DNA from: a virus
Taxonomy: Duplodnaviria > Caudoviricetes
Virus record (IMG/VR): IMGVR_UViG_2671180616_000002
Location: 4,542 to 68,541 of that record
Strand: one strand, 5' to 3'
Length of the DNA: 64,000 bases
Below the pieces are notes generated by a model. The model had not been told where the DNA came from, searched no databases, and saw nothing but the letters and a program-made list of their open reading frames with translations. Shown here in pieces: positions 9,665-20,070 of the stretch (within the stretch, counting starts at the first letter, position 1; each line of letters starts with the position of its first letter). The position numbers and the translations under genes were made by a program.

Positions 9665-10219
9665 ATGCCTGCGCAGACCACCCCCACCGAGCCGCCCGCC
9701 GCCGCTGTCGCCAAGGACGCGCACTGGTCGGCGACCCGTGAGCGGCTGAACAACCGCAAGCGGCCGATCGCGACCCTGACGATCTGCGACGACCACGAGA
9801 TCAAGCAGGCGCTGGCCAAGGCGAAGTTCCTTCACCAGCGCGCCACCGCGCAGGCCGAGGAGTCCCCCGACGAGCCGGATACCGGCAAGGCGGTGGCGGA
9901 CGCGCAGGCCGCCCTGGACAAGGCGCAGCAGGCGTTCGACGAGGTCGCGGTGGTCCTGCGCTTCCAGGCCCTGGACCGGGAGTCATTCGAGGCGCTGAAG
10001 GCGGAGCACCCGCCGACGGAGGAGCAGGGCGAAGACGGCGCCGAGTGGAACATCGACACCTGGGGGCCCGCCCTGGTCGCCGCCGCTTCCCTGGACGGCA
10101 TGACCGTTGAAGACGCCGCCCACTACATGCGCACCTGGTCCCCGAACGAGGCCGTGGAGCTGTACGACGCCGCGTTCGGCGTCCAGGCGGTCTCCCGTAT
10201 GGACCTGGGAAAAGGCTGA
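9665..10219 (+). CDS. Tail assembly chaperone (gpG-like)
   Basis: Between tube and tape measure genes; ends in the slippery sequence G GGA AAA. Confidence 0.8.
   Translation: MPAQTTPTEPPAAAVAKDAHWSATRERLNNRKRPIATLTICDDHEIKQALAKAKFLHQRATAQAEESPDEPDTGKAVADAQAALDKAQQAFDEVAVVLRFQALDRESFEALKAEHPPTEEQGEDGAEWNIDTWGPALVAAASLDGMTVEDAAHYMRTWSPNEAVELYDAAFGVQAVSRMDLGKG
10207..10213 (+). other. Programmed -1 ribosomal frameshift site GGGAAAA
   Basis: X XXY YYZ heptamer in frame just before the stop; the -1 frame is open to 10596. Confidence 0.85.
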
Positions 10220-10596
10220 TCGCAGATGAACGTCTGCGCACCGAGCTGGAGCTGTGCGACAAGTGGGGCATCCCCCACTCCCAGTTCCTGGGGATCGGCG
10301 CCGGCCACTGGACGCCGCGCGACCGCGCCAAGGCCCTCGCCTACGCCGCTTACCTGCGCGCCGTGTGCCCGCAGTGCGGCACCCGTGAGGACGAGTGGCA
10401 GGACGAGGACGGGAACACCGTCGACGCCTACGTCGCCTCCAGCCACCTGTGCCTGGGTTGCAAGGAGATCAGCCGCAAGCAGGCGGAGATCCCCGAAGAA
10501 GCCGCCGCCGGCATGAAGGTCCTCCTGATCCCGCCCAGCGTCCACGCGGCGCTGATGTACGCGAAAGACCGCAGCACCACCTCACGCAAGCACTGA
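10207..10596 (+). CDS. Tail assembly chaperone frameshift extension (gpGT-like)
   Basis: -1 frame reads RLIADERLRTELELCDKWGIPHSQFLG...WTPRDRAKALAY...CPQCG...CLGC. Confidence 0.8.
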   Translation, partial: GKRLIADERLRTELELCDKWGIPHSQFLGIGAGHWTPRDRAKALAYAAYLRAVCPQCGTREDEWQDEDGNTVDAYVASSHLCLGCKEISRKQAEIPEEAAAGMKVLLIPPSVHAALMYAKDRSTTSRKH

Positions 10597-10617
10597 CAGG
10601 GAAGGGAGGGGCAGCCG

Positions 10618-13600
10618 GTGGCCAACTGGAATCTCTCGGTTGATCTGCGCGGTCAGGGCACCAGCCTGGTCCGGACCCTGCGCCAGTCCGCCACTCACGC
10701 CCGTACCCTGGCCGACGCCACCGACGATGCCCAGAGCAGCGTCCGTTCCCTGGGCCGTGCTTCCCAGACCGCCGCCCGCCACGTACGGTCCCTCGGCCGC
10801 GGGGCAGCGGACGCCCACGGCAACGTCACCCGCCTCGGCTCCGCCTCCGCGACCGCCCAACGCCGCCTGACCCGCCTGGCCGGGCAGGCCCGCAACGCTG
10901 CCCGGGACATGCGCCGCCTCGCCCGGGCAGCCGAGGACGCCGAAGCGCAGCTCCAGTCCGCGGGCGGCAGCATTCAGATCACCGCCGGGATCGACGACCA
11001 GACCGGTCCGGGCATGGCCGCCGTACGGGCCGCTGTTGCCCAGATCCAGGCACTGAGCCCGGTCCAGATCGACGTGCGCTTCGACGCCGACGCCGCTGGT
11101 GCGGCCGCAGCCCTGGCCGCCGTCCGCAGCGTCGCAGACGACACGTCCCTGACGCTGCGGGCTCTGCGGGCCCGGGCCGCCGCTACCGCAGACGCTCTCG
11201 ATGACCTCGCCGACCGGGCCCGCAACGCGGCCGGCGGTCTGCGCTCCCTGAACACCGCCGCCCGCAACGCCGATACCAGCCTGGCCTCCCTGTCCGACAG
11301 AACGCGCACCCTGCGCACCGACCTGGACGACCTGGACGGATCGGTACGCAGGGCCGGCGCCGGCATGGGCGGCCTCCGCGGGAACCTGGGATCAGTCAGC
11401 AGCTCCGCAGGGGCAGCCAGCGGTAACACCCGCACCCTGATGCTCGCCGCCATCGGCCTGGCCACCGCCCTGATCCCGGTGGCCGCCGCAACAGTGCCCA
11501 TCGCCGCGGGCCTGACCGCCGCCGGCGTGGCAGTCGGCGTGTTCGGCGCCGCGATCGGCGGGCAGATCAAGGCACTGGGCGAGGCGTCGGAGGCGGAGCA
11601 GAAATACGACGAGGCCGTGCGCGAGCACGGCAAGTCATCCGCCGAAGCGGCAAAGGCCGAAGCCGAGTACCTGCGCCTGATCGCCGAGATGCCGCCGGCC
11701 ACCCGCCAGGCCGCCGCCGCCGTCACGCACCTCAAGGACGAATACCAGGAGTGGTCCGACAGCCTGGCCAGCAGCACCATGCCCGTGGCCGTCAAGGGCA
11801 TGGGCCTCCTTGAGCAGGCCATGGAGCCCCTGAGCCCCCTGGTGCGCGGCACCTCGGTGGAGATGGACCGCTTCATGAACATCGCGGCCGGAGCCATGCA
11901 GACCGAGGGTTTCGACCAGTTCGTGGAAAAGTTCACCGCCTTCGCCGTCGAGTCCCTCGCCCGGGGCACCACCGGAGTCGTCCGGTTCACCCAGGCACTG
12001 GACTCCGGTGAAATCGGCAGCGACCTGCGCGAGTTCCTCGACTACGCCCGCGAGCACGCCCCCCTGGTGGGGGAGACCCTGGGGAATCTGGCCCGGGTGG
12101 TCCTGAACGTGGCCGTCGCCGGATCCGAGATGGGCGTCAGCGTCCTCCAGGTCGTCAACACCCTGGCTTCGCTGGTCAACGCCATCCCGGCAGACGCCCT
12201 CGCGATCATGGTGCAGTTGTATGCGGCGTTCAAACTCGCCGCGCTCGGCGCCGGCCTGCTGACCGCAGCCACTGGCGGCGCGGCGCTTGCCAGCCTGGCC
12301 GCTTTCGTACGCGCCGCCCGCTTCGGTGGTGTGGCCGCGGCCATCGGCGGTGTCACACAGCGCATGGGCGGCCTCGCTAAAGCCGCCGTCGGCCTGGGAA
12401 TCCTGACCGTCGCCGCCATCGGCATCAGCAAACTGGCCGAGAAGGCCAGAGGCGCGCCGCCGGACGTGGACAAGCTGACCACCAGCCTCAAGAACCTCTC
12501 CCTCACCGGGAAGTTCACCGGCGAGCTCAAGAAATCGTTCGGCGACATCGACGGCCTGGTCGACCAGGTCAACAAACTCGGCAAGGCGACGAAGGCGCAG
12601 GACGAGTACGTCGAATCGTTCGGCACCTCCGGCATCGGACCGCTGGACGACCTCCGCCGCAACGTCCACGACCTGTTCAGCGACTTCAAGGACGGCGAAG
12701 AGTCCACCACCGCCCTGACGGACCGGTTCAACGCCCTGGACGAGTCCATGGCGGGCATGGTCGGCAGCGGCAACGCACAGCAGGCCGGCGCCGACTTCCA
12801 GCTGATCAGCGACGCCCTGCGGAAAGCGGGCAAGTCCACCAGCGAGATCAAGGACTTGTTCCCCGAGTACAGCGCGGCCCTGGAAGAGCTGAAAGCCGAG
12901 CAGCAGCTGGCCGCGGCCGGTATGGGTGTCTTCGGGCAGCAGGCCCTGGACACGAAGAGCAAGCTCGATGCCCAGAAAGCGTCCGCGGACGGCCTGCGTA
13001 CGGCCATCGTCGCCCTGAATGACGTCAACCGGGCGGCGCTCGGCGGCATGGTCGGCTTCGAGGCCGGGATCGATGCGGCGGCCAAGGCGGCCAAGGAAAA
13101 CGCCGGCGCGCTGACGATGGTCAACGGCGAGCTGGACCTGAACTCCCCGAAAGCGCAGGCCGCAGCAACCGCCCTGGCGGACCTGGGAGCCAAGACCGAC
13201 GCCGCGGCCACCGCCGCCCGCGAGTCCGGCCGCTCCTGGGAGTACACCAACGGCATCTACGAGCGCGGCACCCAGGCCCTCATCACCTCCGGCATGCAGA
13301 TGGGCCTCACCCGAGCCCAGGCCACCGCCCTGGCCAAGACCATCCTCGACATCCCCGACAAGCACTCGACGACCATCGAGATGCGCCGCGAGGACGCCAT
13401 CGCCGGTCTCGACGCCGTCATCGCGAAGATCGAGGCAACACCGAACTCGAAATCGGTGACGGTCAATGCGCTGACCAAGGACGCCATCGCTCTGCTCAAC
13501 AGCCTCGGCTACAAAACCAAAACCTTGCCGGACGGCCGGGTGCAGGTCACCGCCAACACCGGCAACGCCCTGGGCGGTCTGGCGGCGGTCAAGCGGGCCC

Positions 13601-15093
13601 GGGACGGACTGAGCGACCGCACGATCACCATCACCACCCACTACCGGGTGACCGGCAGCACCGCCCGCCCGTCGGGGGGCGGATCCTACGGCTCGGAGCT
13701 GAAGGCGCAGGGCGGCCGCCTGCGCGGCTACGCCTCCGGCGGTGACGTGCAGATGTACCCCGACGGGGGCTACATCCAGGGCCCCGGCACGGGCACCAGC
13801 GACAGCATCTTCGCGATGTTCGGCTCCGGCGCCATGGCCCGCGTCTCCAACACCGAGTACGTGGTACGCGCGGCCGCCGTATCCAAGTACGGCGTGGGCT
13901 TCATGGACGCCATCAACCGCGGCACCCTCAAGGCCCCCGGATACGCCCAAGGGGGCGCCGTCACCGACTGGCGCTACGACCCGCAGTCCGGGTCCCTGTA
14001 CTCGCCGTCCGAGGCCGGTGCGGCCGGCCACAAAACCCGCAAGGTGAAGGTCAAGGGCAAGAACGGCAAGTTCACCACGAAGGAGGTCGATTACTTCGAC
14101 CTGGGGACGGTCGAGAAGAAGATCAAGTCGGCGTCGTCGGCTACCCGAAGCTGGAACAAAGACCTCGAGAAGGTCGCGGACCGGGTGGGCGGGGACGTCG
14201 CCGAGGCGCTCGCCGCGATGGGCAAGGACGGTGTCGCCCTCACGAAGAAGATGGCGAACGGGTCCACCAAGTACATCGAGGAGATGGCCGCGGCCCTGCG
14301 CGGCCTCGCGCAGACGGCCAAGGCCAGCCTGACGGACTACACCCGCCAGCTCGACAAGGCCACCAAAACAGACTCGGCGTTCGCCAAAAACCTGGCGACC
14401 TTGTCCGCCCAGGGCTACGGGGACCTCGCCGCACAACTGGCCGCCCAGGGCGATGAGGCGGCGCAGCAGCTGGCCGCGGCCGCCGTGAAGGACCAGGGCA
14501 AGGCAGCCAAGGCGAACAAGGCCGCCAAGACGGCGAACAACGCTTTGACCAGCGGCGAAGTGGAGCAGCTCGTCGCCATCATCGCCGCCGTCAAAACCAG
14601 CAAGACTGGACTGCACGACGTCGCGGACACGACGGGGCTGGGTGAAGACGAGATCATCGCCACCGCCGTGAAGGCCCGCGGGCAGATCAAGTCCTCCCTG
14701 GGATCCCGGGCAACCCGATTCCTTGCGGACCTGTCCAAGGCGGAGCGGGGCTTGGCGTACGCCAACGGCGGTATCCGCGAGGGCATCTACTCCACCCGCG
14801 GCGGCGCCGTTACTTTCGCGGAGCCCTCAACCGGTGGGGAGGCTTTCATCCCGCTCGGGGCGAACAAGCGCGGGCGGGCCACGAACGTCCTCAAGGACGT
14901 CGCGGGGCGCTTCGGGCTCGGGCTGACCGACGCTGCCGGATCCCGGGTCGTCATCATCCGCGAGCAGGGCCCCCTGATCGGCAGCGTGACCATCCCAGTG
15001 ACCCACACGAACGCCTCGGCGTACGACATCAGCCGGCAGGTCGAACGCCAGATCCGCCGCGCGCAGCGAGGGGGAGTGGCCGCCCGTGGCTGA
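10618..15093 (+). CDS. Tape measure protein
   Basis: 1491 aa, Ala-rich and helical, with GPGTGTSDSI/SNTEYVV and FAEPSTGGEAFIPL motifs. Confidence 0.9.
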   Translation: MANWNLSVDLRGQGTSLVRTLRQSATHARTLADATDDAQSSVRSLGRASQTAARHVRSLGRGAADAHGNVTRLGSASATAQRRLTRLAGQARNAARDMRRLARAAEDAEAQLQSAGGSIQITAGIDDQTGPGMAAVRAAVAQIQALSPVQIDVRFDADAAGAAAALAAVRSVADDTSLTLRALRARAAATADALDDLADRARNAAGGLRSLNTAARNADTSLASLSDRTRTLRTDLDDLDGSVRRAGAGMGGLRGNLGSVSSSAGAASGNTRTLMLAAIGLATALIPVAAATVPIAAGLTAAGVAVGVFGAAIGGQIKALGEASEAEQKYDEAVREHGKSSAEAAKAEAEYLRLIAEMPPATRQAAAAVTHLKDEYQEWSDSLASSTMPVAVKGMGLLEQAMEPLSPLVRGTSVEMDRFMNIAAGAMQTEGFDQFVEKFTAFAVESLARGTTGVVRFTQALDSGEIGSDLREFLDYAREHAPLVGETLGNLARVVLNVAVAGSEMGVSVLQVVNTLASLVNAIPADALAIMVQLYAAFKLAALGAGLLTAATGGAALASLAAFVRAARFGGVAAAIGGVTQRMGGLAKAAVGLGILTVAAIGISKLAEKARGAPPDVDKLTTSLKNLSLTGKFTGELKKSFGDIDGLVDQVNKLGKATKAQDEYVESFGTSGIGPLDDLRRNVHDLFSDFKDGEESTTALTDRFNALDESMAGMVGSGNAQQAGADFQLISDALRKAGKSTSEIKDLFPEYSAALEELKAEQQLAAAGMGVFGQQALDTKSKLDAQKASADGLRTAIVALNDVNRAALGGMVGFEAGIDAAAKAAKENAGALTMVNGELDLNSPKAQAAATALADLGAKTDAAATAARESGRSWEYTNGIYERGTQALITSGMQMGLTRAQATALAKTILDIPDKHSTTIEMRREDAIAGLDAVIAKIEATPNSKSVTVNALTKDAIALLNSLGYKTKTLPDGRVQVTANTGNALGGLAAVKRARDGLSDRTITITTHYRVTGSTARPSGGGSYGSELKAQGGRLRGYASGGDVQMYPDGGYIQGPGTGTSDSIFAMFGSGAMARVSNTEYVVRAAAVSKYGVGFMDAINRGTLKAPGYAQGGAVTDWRYDPQSGSLYSPSEAGAAGHKTRKVKVKGKNGKFTTKEVDYFDLGTVEKKIKSASSATRSWNKDLEKVADRVGGDVAEALAAMGKDGVALTKKMANGSTKYIEEMAAALRGLAQTAKASLTDYTRQLDKATKTDSAFAKNLATLSAQGYGDLAAQLAAQGDEAAQQLAAAAVKDQGKAAKANKAAKTANNALTSGEVEQLVAIIAAVKTSKTGLHDVADTTGLGEDEIIATAVKARGQIKSSLGSRATRFLADLSKAERGLAYANGGIREGIYSTRGGAVTFAEPSTGGEAFIPLGANKRGRATNVLKDVAGRFGLGLTDAAGSRVVIIREQGPLIGSVTIPVTHTNASAYDISRQVERQIRRAQRGGVAARG

Positions 15094-15982
15094 ACTCGAA
15101 GAGGGCCAGTGGGAGCTTGGGGGTGTCCTGATGGGCGCCGGAACCCAAATCCCGGTCGCGGAGGTGACTGGGCTGGGCCGGCCGTCGACACGGGGCGAGG
15201 ACATCGAGCAGCCCGGCATGGACGGCGTGTTCCTCGGCGTCGACTACTACGCGGCCCGCAGCATCGAGATCGACGCGGCCATCAAGGTCCCCGGCGACCC
15301 GGATGCCTGCTGGGCGCTGCTGTCCTCGTTGCAGACAGCGGCGGATGCGACCGCGGTGCGGTTGACCGGCGGGGCGACGATGCCGCTGAGGTACCGGCGT
15401 CGGGGCGCGGCCACCAAGCGGGTCGACGGCCGGCTGCGCCGCCTTGAGCCGCAGCTGTCCCAGGTCATTTACGGCTGGATGCCGCTGGATATCGAGTTCG
15501 TGGCCGCGGACGCCCGCTGGTACGGCGACGAGCAGCAGACCACGGAGATCCCCCTGGGCTGGATGTCGGGAGGCGGATTCACTGCCCCGGTGGCGGCCCC
15601 GATCCACGTCACCTCCGCAACCTCGGTGGCGGAGCGGCCCGGCTGGGTGGAAACCCACGGTGACGTCGCCACGTGGCCCGTCCTGCGGATCACTGGCCCG
15701 TGCTCCGCCCCGGCCATCACGCACGTCTCCACCGGCCGGACCCTGGCCCTGCCCACCCTGGTCCTGGGCGTGGGGCAGTGGGTGGAGCTCGATACCCGGC
15801 CCGGCCGCCGCCGGGTCGTGTGGAACAACGGCGGCAACGCCGAGTCGTACTTGACCCCGTCATCGCGCCTCGACCTTTTCTCCCTGCCGCCCGGTACCAG
15901 CGAACTGCGCTGGACTGCGGTCGACCCCACCAACACCTCCCGTCTGCGCGTCACCTGGCGCGACGCCTACCGAGCCGCGTAA
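15086..15982 (+). CDS. Distal tail protein (Dit-like)
   Basis: First gene after the tape measure; FVAADARWY, GDVATWPVLRITGP, LPPGTSELR and WRDAY patterns. Confidence 0.75.
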   Translation: MAELEEGQWELGGVLMGAGTQIPVAEVTGLGRPSTRGEDIEQPGMDGVFLGVDYYAARSIEIDAAIKVPGDPDACWALLSSLQTAADATAVRLTGGATMPLRYRRRGAATKRVDGRLRRLEPQLSQVIYGWMPLDIEFVAADARWYGDEQQTTEIPLGWMSGGGFTAPVAAPIHVTSATSVAERPGWVETHGDVATWPVLRITGPCSAPAITHVSTGRTLALPTLVLGVGQWVELDTRPGRRRVVWNNGGNAESYLTPSSRLDLFSLPPGTSELRWTAVDPTNTSRLRVTWRDAYRAA

Positions 15983-15993
15983 AGGAGACCCTG

Positions 15994-16929
15994 ATGGCCC
16001 TGTTCCCCCGCCCGCTGCTGGTTGACGGAGCAACGCACCCCGCCCAGCAATTCCGCATGATGATCCGCGACCTGACCGGCGGGTCGGAGGGAGTGACCGA
16101 GGGCGATGACCTGAAGGTCACCGCTTTGGCCACGCCGGGCAGCTCAGTGCAGATCGCTCCTGGCTCCGGTACGATCCGCGGCCGCGCGAACGTCTACCAA
16201 GGCTCGTACACGGCCTGCAACCTGGCGACGGACACGGTGCCGATCGCAGCGACCGGCGCGTCCGCGCGCAGTGACATGGTGGTGCTGCGCGTCCTGGATC
16301 CCGAGTACGAGGGCAGCCTCAACCCGGCAACGGACAACATCAACTACTTCGAAGTGATCTCCGGGGTGTCGTCGTCCGCGACCACGGTGCCCGGCGGCCG
16401 GACCGCGATCCCCCTGGCACGCATCACCATTCCGGCCAACACGTCCATCATCACCAACTCGTACATCACCGACCTGCGGAAAATCACCCGTCCGCGCCGG
16501 GAACGCAACCTGGTGATCCAGTCCCCGCCCTCCATATCGGGCCTGCTCGGCGGATCCACCACCTACAGCTACTTCTCCACCGCCGGGGGCTGGAACATCG
16601 CCGTCCCCAACTGGGCCACCACCGTCCGTATCAAAATCGACGTCAGCCCGCTGCGGTTCTCCGCCAACGATTTCTTCGGCAGCGTCCGGGCCACTTTCGG
16701 CAGCAGCCTCACCCTCCAGCCCACCCTGGTCGACGACAACCAGGGCACCGTGACCCGCCGGGTCGGCACCGTCATCGCCGACACCCTGACCCTGCCCGCC
16801 GATTACCGCGGCACAACCCAGCTGCTGCGCGTCCAGGGCGCCGGCGCCTCCGGGAACCTGGGCCGCATCAGCGTCGACTCCGGCACCGCCCTGGCCGCGG
16901 ACATCCAGTTCGAGGAGGCGCCCCGGTGA
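15994..16929 (+). CDS. Minor tail protein
   Basis: AAGGAG RBS; RSDMVVLRVLDPEY, IPLARITIPA and ITDLR typical of actinophage minor tail proteins. Confidence 0.7.
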   Translation: MALFPRPLLVDGATHPAQQFRMMIRDLTGGSEGVTEGDDLKVTALATPGSSVQIAPGSGTIRGRANVYQGSYTACNLATDTVPIAATGASARSDMVVLRVLDPEYEGSLNPATDNINYFEVISGVSSSATTVPGGRTAIPLARITIPANTSIITNSYITDLRKITRPRRERNLVIQSPPSISGLLGGSTTYSYFSTAGGWNIAVPNWATTVRIKIDVSPLRFSANDFFGSVRATFGSSLTLQPTLVDDNQGTVTRRVGTVIADTLTLPADYRGTTQLLRVQGAGASGNLGRISVDSGTALAADIQFEEAPR

Positions 16930-18022
16930 GCTCCCCGCTGAGAGTCCTCACCCAGCACGCCGTGACCGGAGACTGGCTGTCCAAGGCACTGCCCCTGTCC
17001 GACCTCGAATACGGGCCCGAACTGGACGGGCCCGGCGCCCTGAGCGGCAAGCTGTCCCCGCGCCTGATCGCCACCAACCCCAGCCTCCTCGACCCGGGCA
17101 CGACGCTGATCTACGTGGAGCAGGACGGGCAACTGCGCTGGGGCGGCCTGGTCTGGGACGCCCGCGCCGAAGGCGACACGTACAGCATCGAAGCCGCCGG
17201 CTGGACGTCGTACCTCCAAAAACGGTTCGACATCCACGGCCAGCTCAACGGCCGCGGCCCGTACACGCACGCGGACCGGTGCACCATCATGCGGGACATA
17301 TGGGACTACGCCCAGTCCGCCGCCGACGGCGACCTCGGCGTCACGGTCGACTCGACCACCTCCAAGTCCACCATCGGCACACCGGCCCAGCGGTACGACT
17401 TCTCATGGTGGGAATGGCCCAACCTCGGCGACCGTTTCGACGACCTCGTCTCCGCAGAAGCCGCCCCCCAGTACACGTGCACCACCTACTGGAACACCGC
17501 CCGCGACGCCCCCATCCGACGGGTACGGATCGGCTACCCGCGCCTCGGTACCCGCCGCACCGACATCAGCTTCGCGTCCGGCGTCAACATCATCGACCCG
17601 CCCACCGTGCCCCTGTCCGGCGACGAATACGCCCAAGTCGTCATCGCCTCCGGGGCCGGTGACGGCTCCGCGAAACGACGGGCCATCAGCGCCGTACGCA
17701 ACGGCCGGCTCCGACTCGAGCACGTGCTGGACCTGCCGCACATCAAAGGCAACGACGAACTCGCCTCCCGCGCCTCAGCCGAGCGGGCCTGGCGCCAGAC
17801 CATGGGCAACGTCGAAGAAATCACCGTCCGCGACCACCCCGCCGCCCCCTGGAATCCTGGCAGGTCGGCGACGACGTACGGGTACGTGTCCACAACGCCT
17901 GGACCGACTACACCGGCTGGTGCCGCATCACCGGCTGGACCAACCGCCCCCACGCCCCCGGCGGCCCCCAGGCCACGCTGAGCCTGCGCCCGGCCGCCGC
18001 CTACACCTACGGAGCCGCCTGA
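16926..18022 (+). CDS. Tail hub/minor tail protein; apparent single-C loss at about 17849
   Basis: Adding one C to the run at 17845-17849 continues the ORF as LESWQVGDDVRVRVHNAW...TYGAA*, ending in a TGATG overlap with the next gene. Confidence 0.7.
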
Positions 18023-19554
18023 TGTCTGCCACCGTGGGCCAGAGACTGGCCGCGCTCGAGAAGAGACTCAAGGACATGGAGCGGGCATCACGTCTGTCCC
18101 ACGCCGCCCTGGACAACACCGCGCTCGAGGTCCGCGACGACTCCGGCAGCCTGCGGGCGATCGTCGGACAGCAGGACGACGGCACCAGCGGCGTCAACGT
18201 CGTCAACGGCCCACCGCCCCCAGCACCCACACCCCCGACCGTCGAACCGGCCCTGGCCGCACTCGCGATCTCCTGGGACGGGACGTTCGCCGACGCCGTC
18301 GCAGCCCCCCTGGACTGGATGCGCTGCGAGGTCCACATCGGGCCGGACGCCGACTACACGCCCAGCCAGGACACGCTGCGCGACACCATCGAAACCCCCC
18401 AGGGCGGCACCGTCACCGTCCCCCTGCCGTACACCGAGTGGTTCGTGAAGCTGCGCTCCCGCACGACCAGCGGGGCCACATCGGCTGCGACCGCCGCCGT
18501 CGCGGCGACACCCCGCAAGGCCGACACCGAGGACCTCACCGCAGGGCTCATCACCGCGGACCTGATCGCCGTGGACGCCCTCACCGGTAAGGCCATCACC
18601 GGCGGCACGATCACCGGTTCCATCCTGCGCACCGCCACCAGCGGCGAACGAGTTGCGATCAACGAATCGTCCGGCAACGACATCAAGCTCTACGACGCCA
18701 CCGGCGTCCTGGTGGCGACCCTGGACGGCAGCGGGCTACGGCTGGTGGGGGACAACGGGTCCTCGATGACGCTCAACCCGGACAGCGTCTACCCCTATCT
18801 TCAGTTCTCCTCCGAGGACGGGCTGAGCAACGCCACCATCCGAGTCGCCGAGAGCACCCCAGGCGCCGCGAACCTCGAGCTGACCTGCGGCGCCTTCACC
18901 TCCGGCGTCTACACGGACATGCGGTGGCGAACGATCCTCGGATCGGACTACTGGGTCGCCGAGCGGTACACCAGCACCCCCTCCTACAAGGTCCTCGGCG
19001 GCCGTGTCGACCTTCGCCCCACCCACGGGACTTTCGGATACATGGACAACACCGGCAGCACCAGTGTGATCAGCCGCGTTGTCTTCTCCCCCGGCATGGG
19101 GCAAGTTGAAGCCCGGCTTCGCGTGGAGGCGCCCGCCAGCGACTCCAGTGCCCTGTACGCCCAGGCCGCCGCCGGCCACACCGGGTACCTGATGCGCCTG
19201 TACGACGCGAACGCGGCCGCCTACCGCTTCGCCGTCGACCTGGCCGGCAACACAGATGTCAACGGCGTCCTTAACGCGCGGAACATTGCCACCGGCACGG
19301 TGACCATCACCCCGTCCGCCGCCCACCAGTCCACCAGCACCATCGTCTCCGGCCTCAACGTCGCCGGAACCACCTTCCGCGGCTACGCCACCGCCAACAC
19401 GACCGTCGTCGGCGTCCGCTCCCCGCTGGGAGGCGGCGCGGCCGGCGTGACCGGCGTCGCCGTCACGTCCGTGTCCAGCACGGGCCTGACCGTGTGGGTC
19501 AACCGGGAGAACACCACGGCGACCGTCGTGAACTGGATGGTCATCGGCTCATGA
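18022..19554 (+). CDS. Tail fibre/receptor-binding minor tail protein
   Basis: N-terminal coiled coil, FnIII-like segment (ISWDGTF...EVHIG), GLITADLIA/ITGGTITG repeats, beta-rich C-terminus ending VNWMVIG. Confidence 0.7.
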   Translation: MSATVGQRLAALEKRLKDMERASRLSHAALDNTALEVRDDSGSLRAIVGQQDDGTSGVNVVNGPPPPAPTPPTVEPALAALAISWDGTFADAVAAPLDWMRCEVHIGPDADYTPSQDTLRDTIETPQGGTVTVPLPYTEWFVKLRSRTTSGATSAATAAVAATPRKADTEDLTAGLITADLIAVDALTGKAITGGTITGSILRTATSGERVAINESSGNDIKLYDATGVLVATLDGSGLRLVGDNGSSMTLNPDSVYPYLQFSSEDGLSNATIRVAESTPGAANLELTCGAFTSGVYTDMRWRTILGSDYWVAERYTSTPSYKVLGGRVDLRPTHGTFGYMDNTGSTSVISRVVFSPGMGQVEARLRVEAPASDSSALYAQAAAGHTGYLMRLYDANAAAYRFAVDLAGNTDVNGVLNARNIATGTVTITPSAAHQSTSTIVSGLNVAGTTFRGYATANTTVVGVRSPLGGGAAGVTGVAVTSVSSTGLTVWVNRENTTATVVNWMVIGS

Positions 19555-19577
19555 CCAGCAACGAAAGGAAGGCCACT

Positions 19578-19919
19578 ATGGCCGAAGCAGGGACCGAAGA
19601 GGCCGAGTCCGCCAACTCCACGCAGGGAGCGGAGGCAGAGAGCGACCCGATCCTCGACCCGGTCGAGCCCGAGCCGGAGACGCCTCCGCCGCCGCCCGCA
19701 CCGGAGGACCCGGCGCAGCCGATCGTCTTCGAGCCGTGGAAGTGGTACGACGCGACCGTCGCCTGCACTACCGCCACGTGCCCCAACCTGAACGTCGTGC
19801 TCCACCTGACCGAGGTGTACTCCAACGCAGGGCAGGTCACCTTCTACTGCGGCGTCTGCTCCAAGAGGCAGAAACTCCTGTCCGCCACGCTGATGGACCC
19901 CCAGCCCCCGGAGGAGTGA
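19578..19919 (+). CDS. Small acidic zinc-ribbon-like protein
   Basis: AAGGAAGG RBS; CTTATCPN...CGVC. Confidence 0.55.
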   Translation: MAEAGTEEAESANSTQGAEAESDPILDPVEPEPETPPPPPAPEDPAQPIVFEPWKWYDATVACTTATCPNLNVVLHLTEVYSNAGQVTFYCGVCSKRQKLLSATLMDPQPPEE

Positions 19920-20070
19920 GCGGGGGCAACCCCAAGGCTCCTGGACCGTAGTCTGATCACGAGGGCGACCCTCCGCCCGGCTCCATCCCCGAGGGACTGC
20001 CACCCGGCCCACCGGCCAGGGAGCAGACACCACCCATCAGTGGGCGCGGGGACAGAGAGCGAGACCGCCG

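Noticed and set aside
10207-10213. Tail chaperone -1 frameshift as a novelty
   Set aside because: A well-known conserved feature of long-tailed phages; listed as a feature only.
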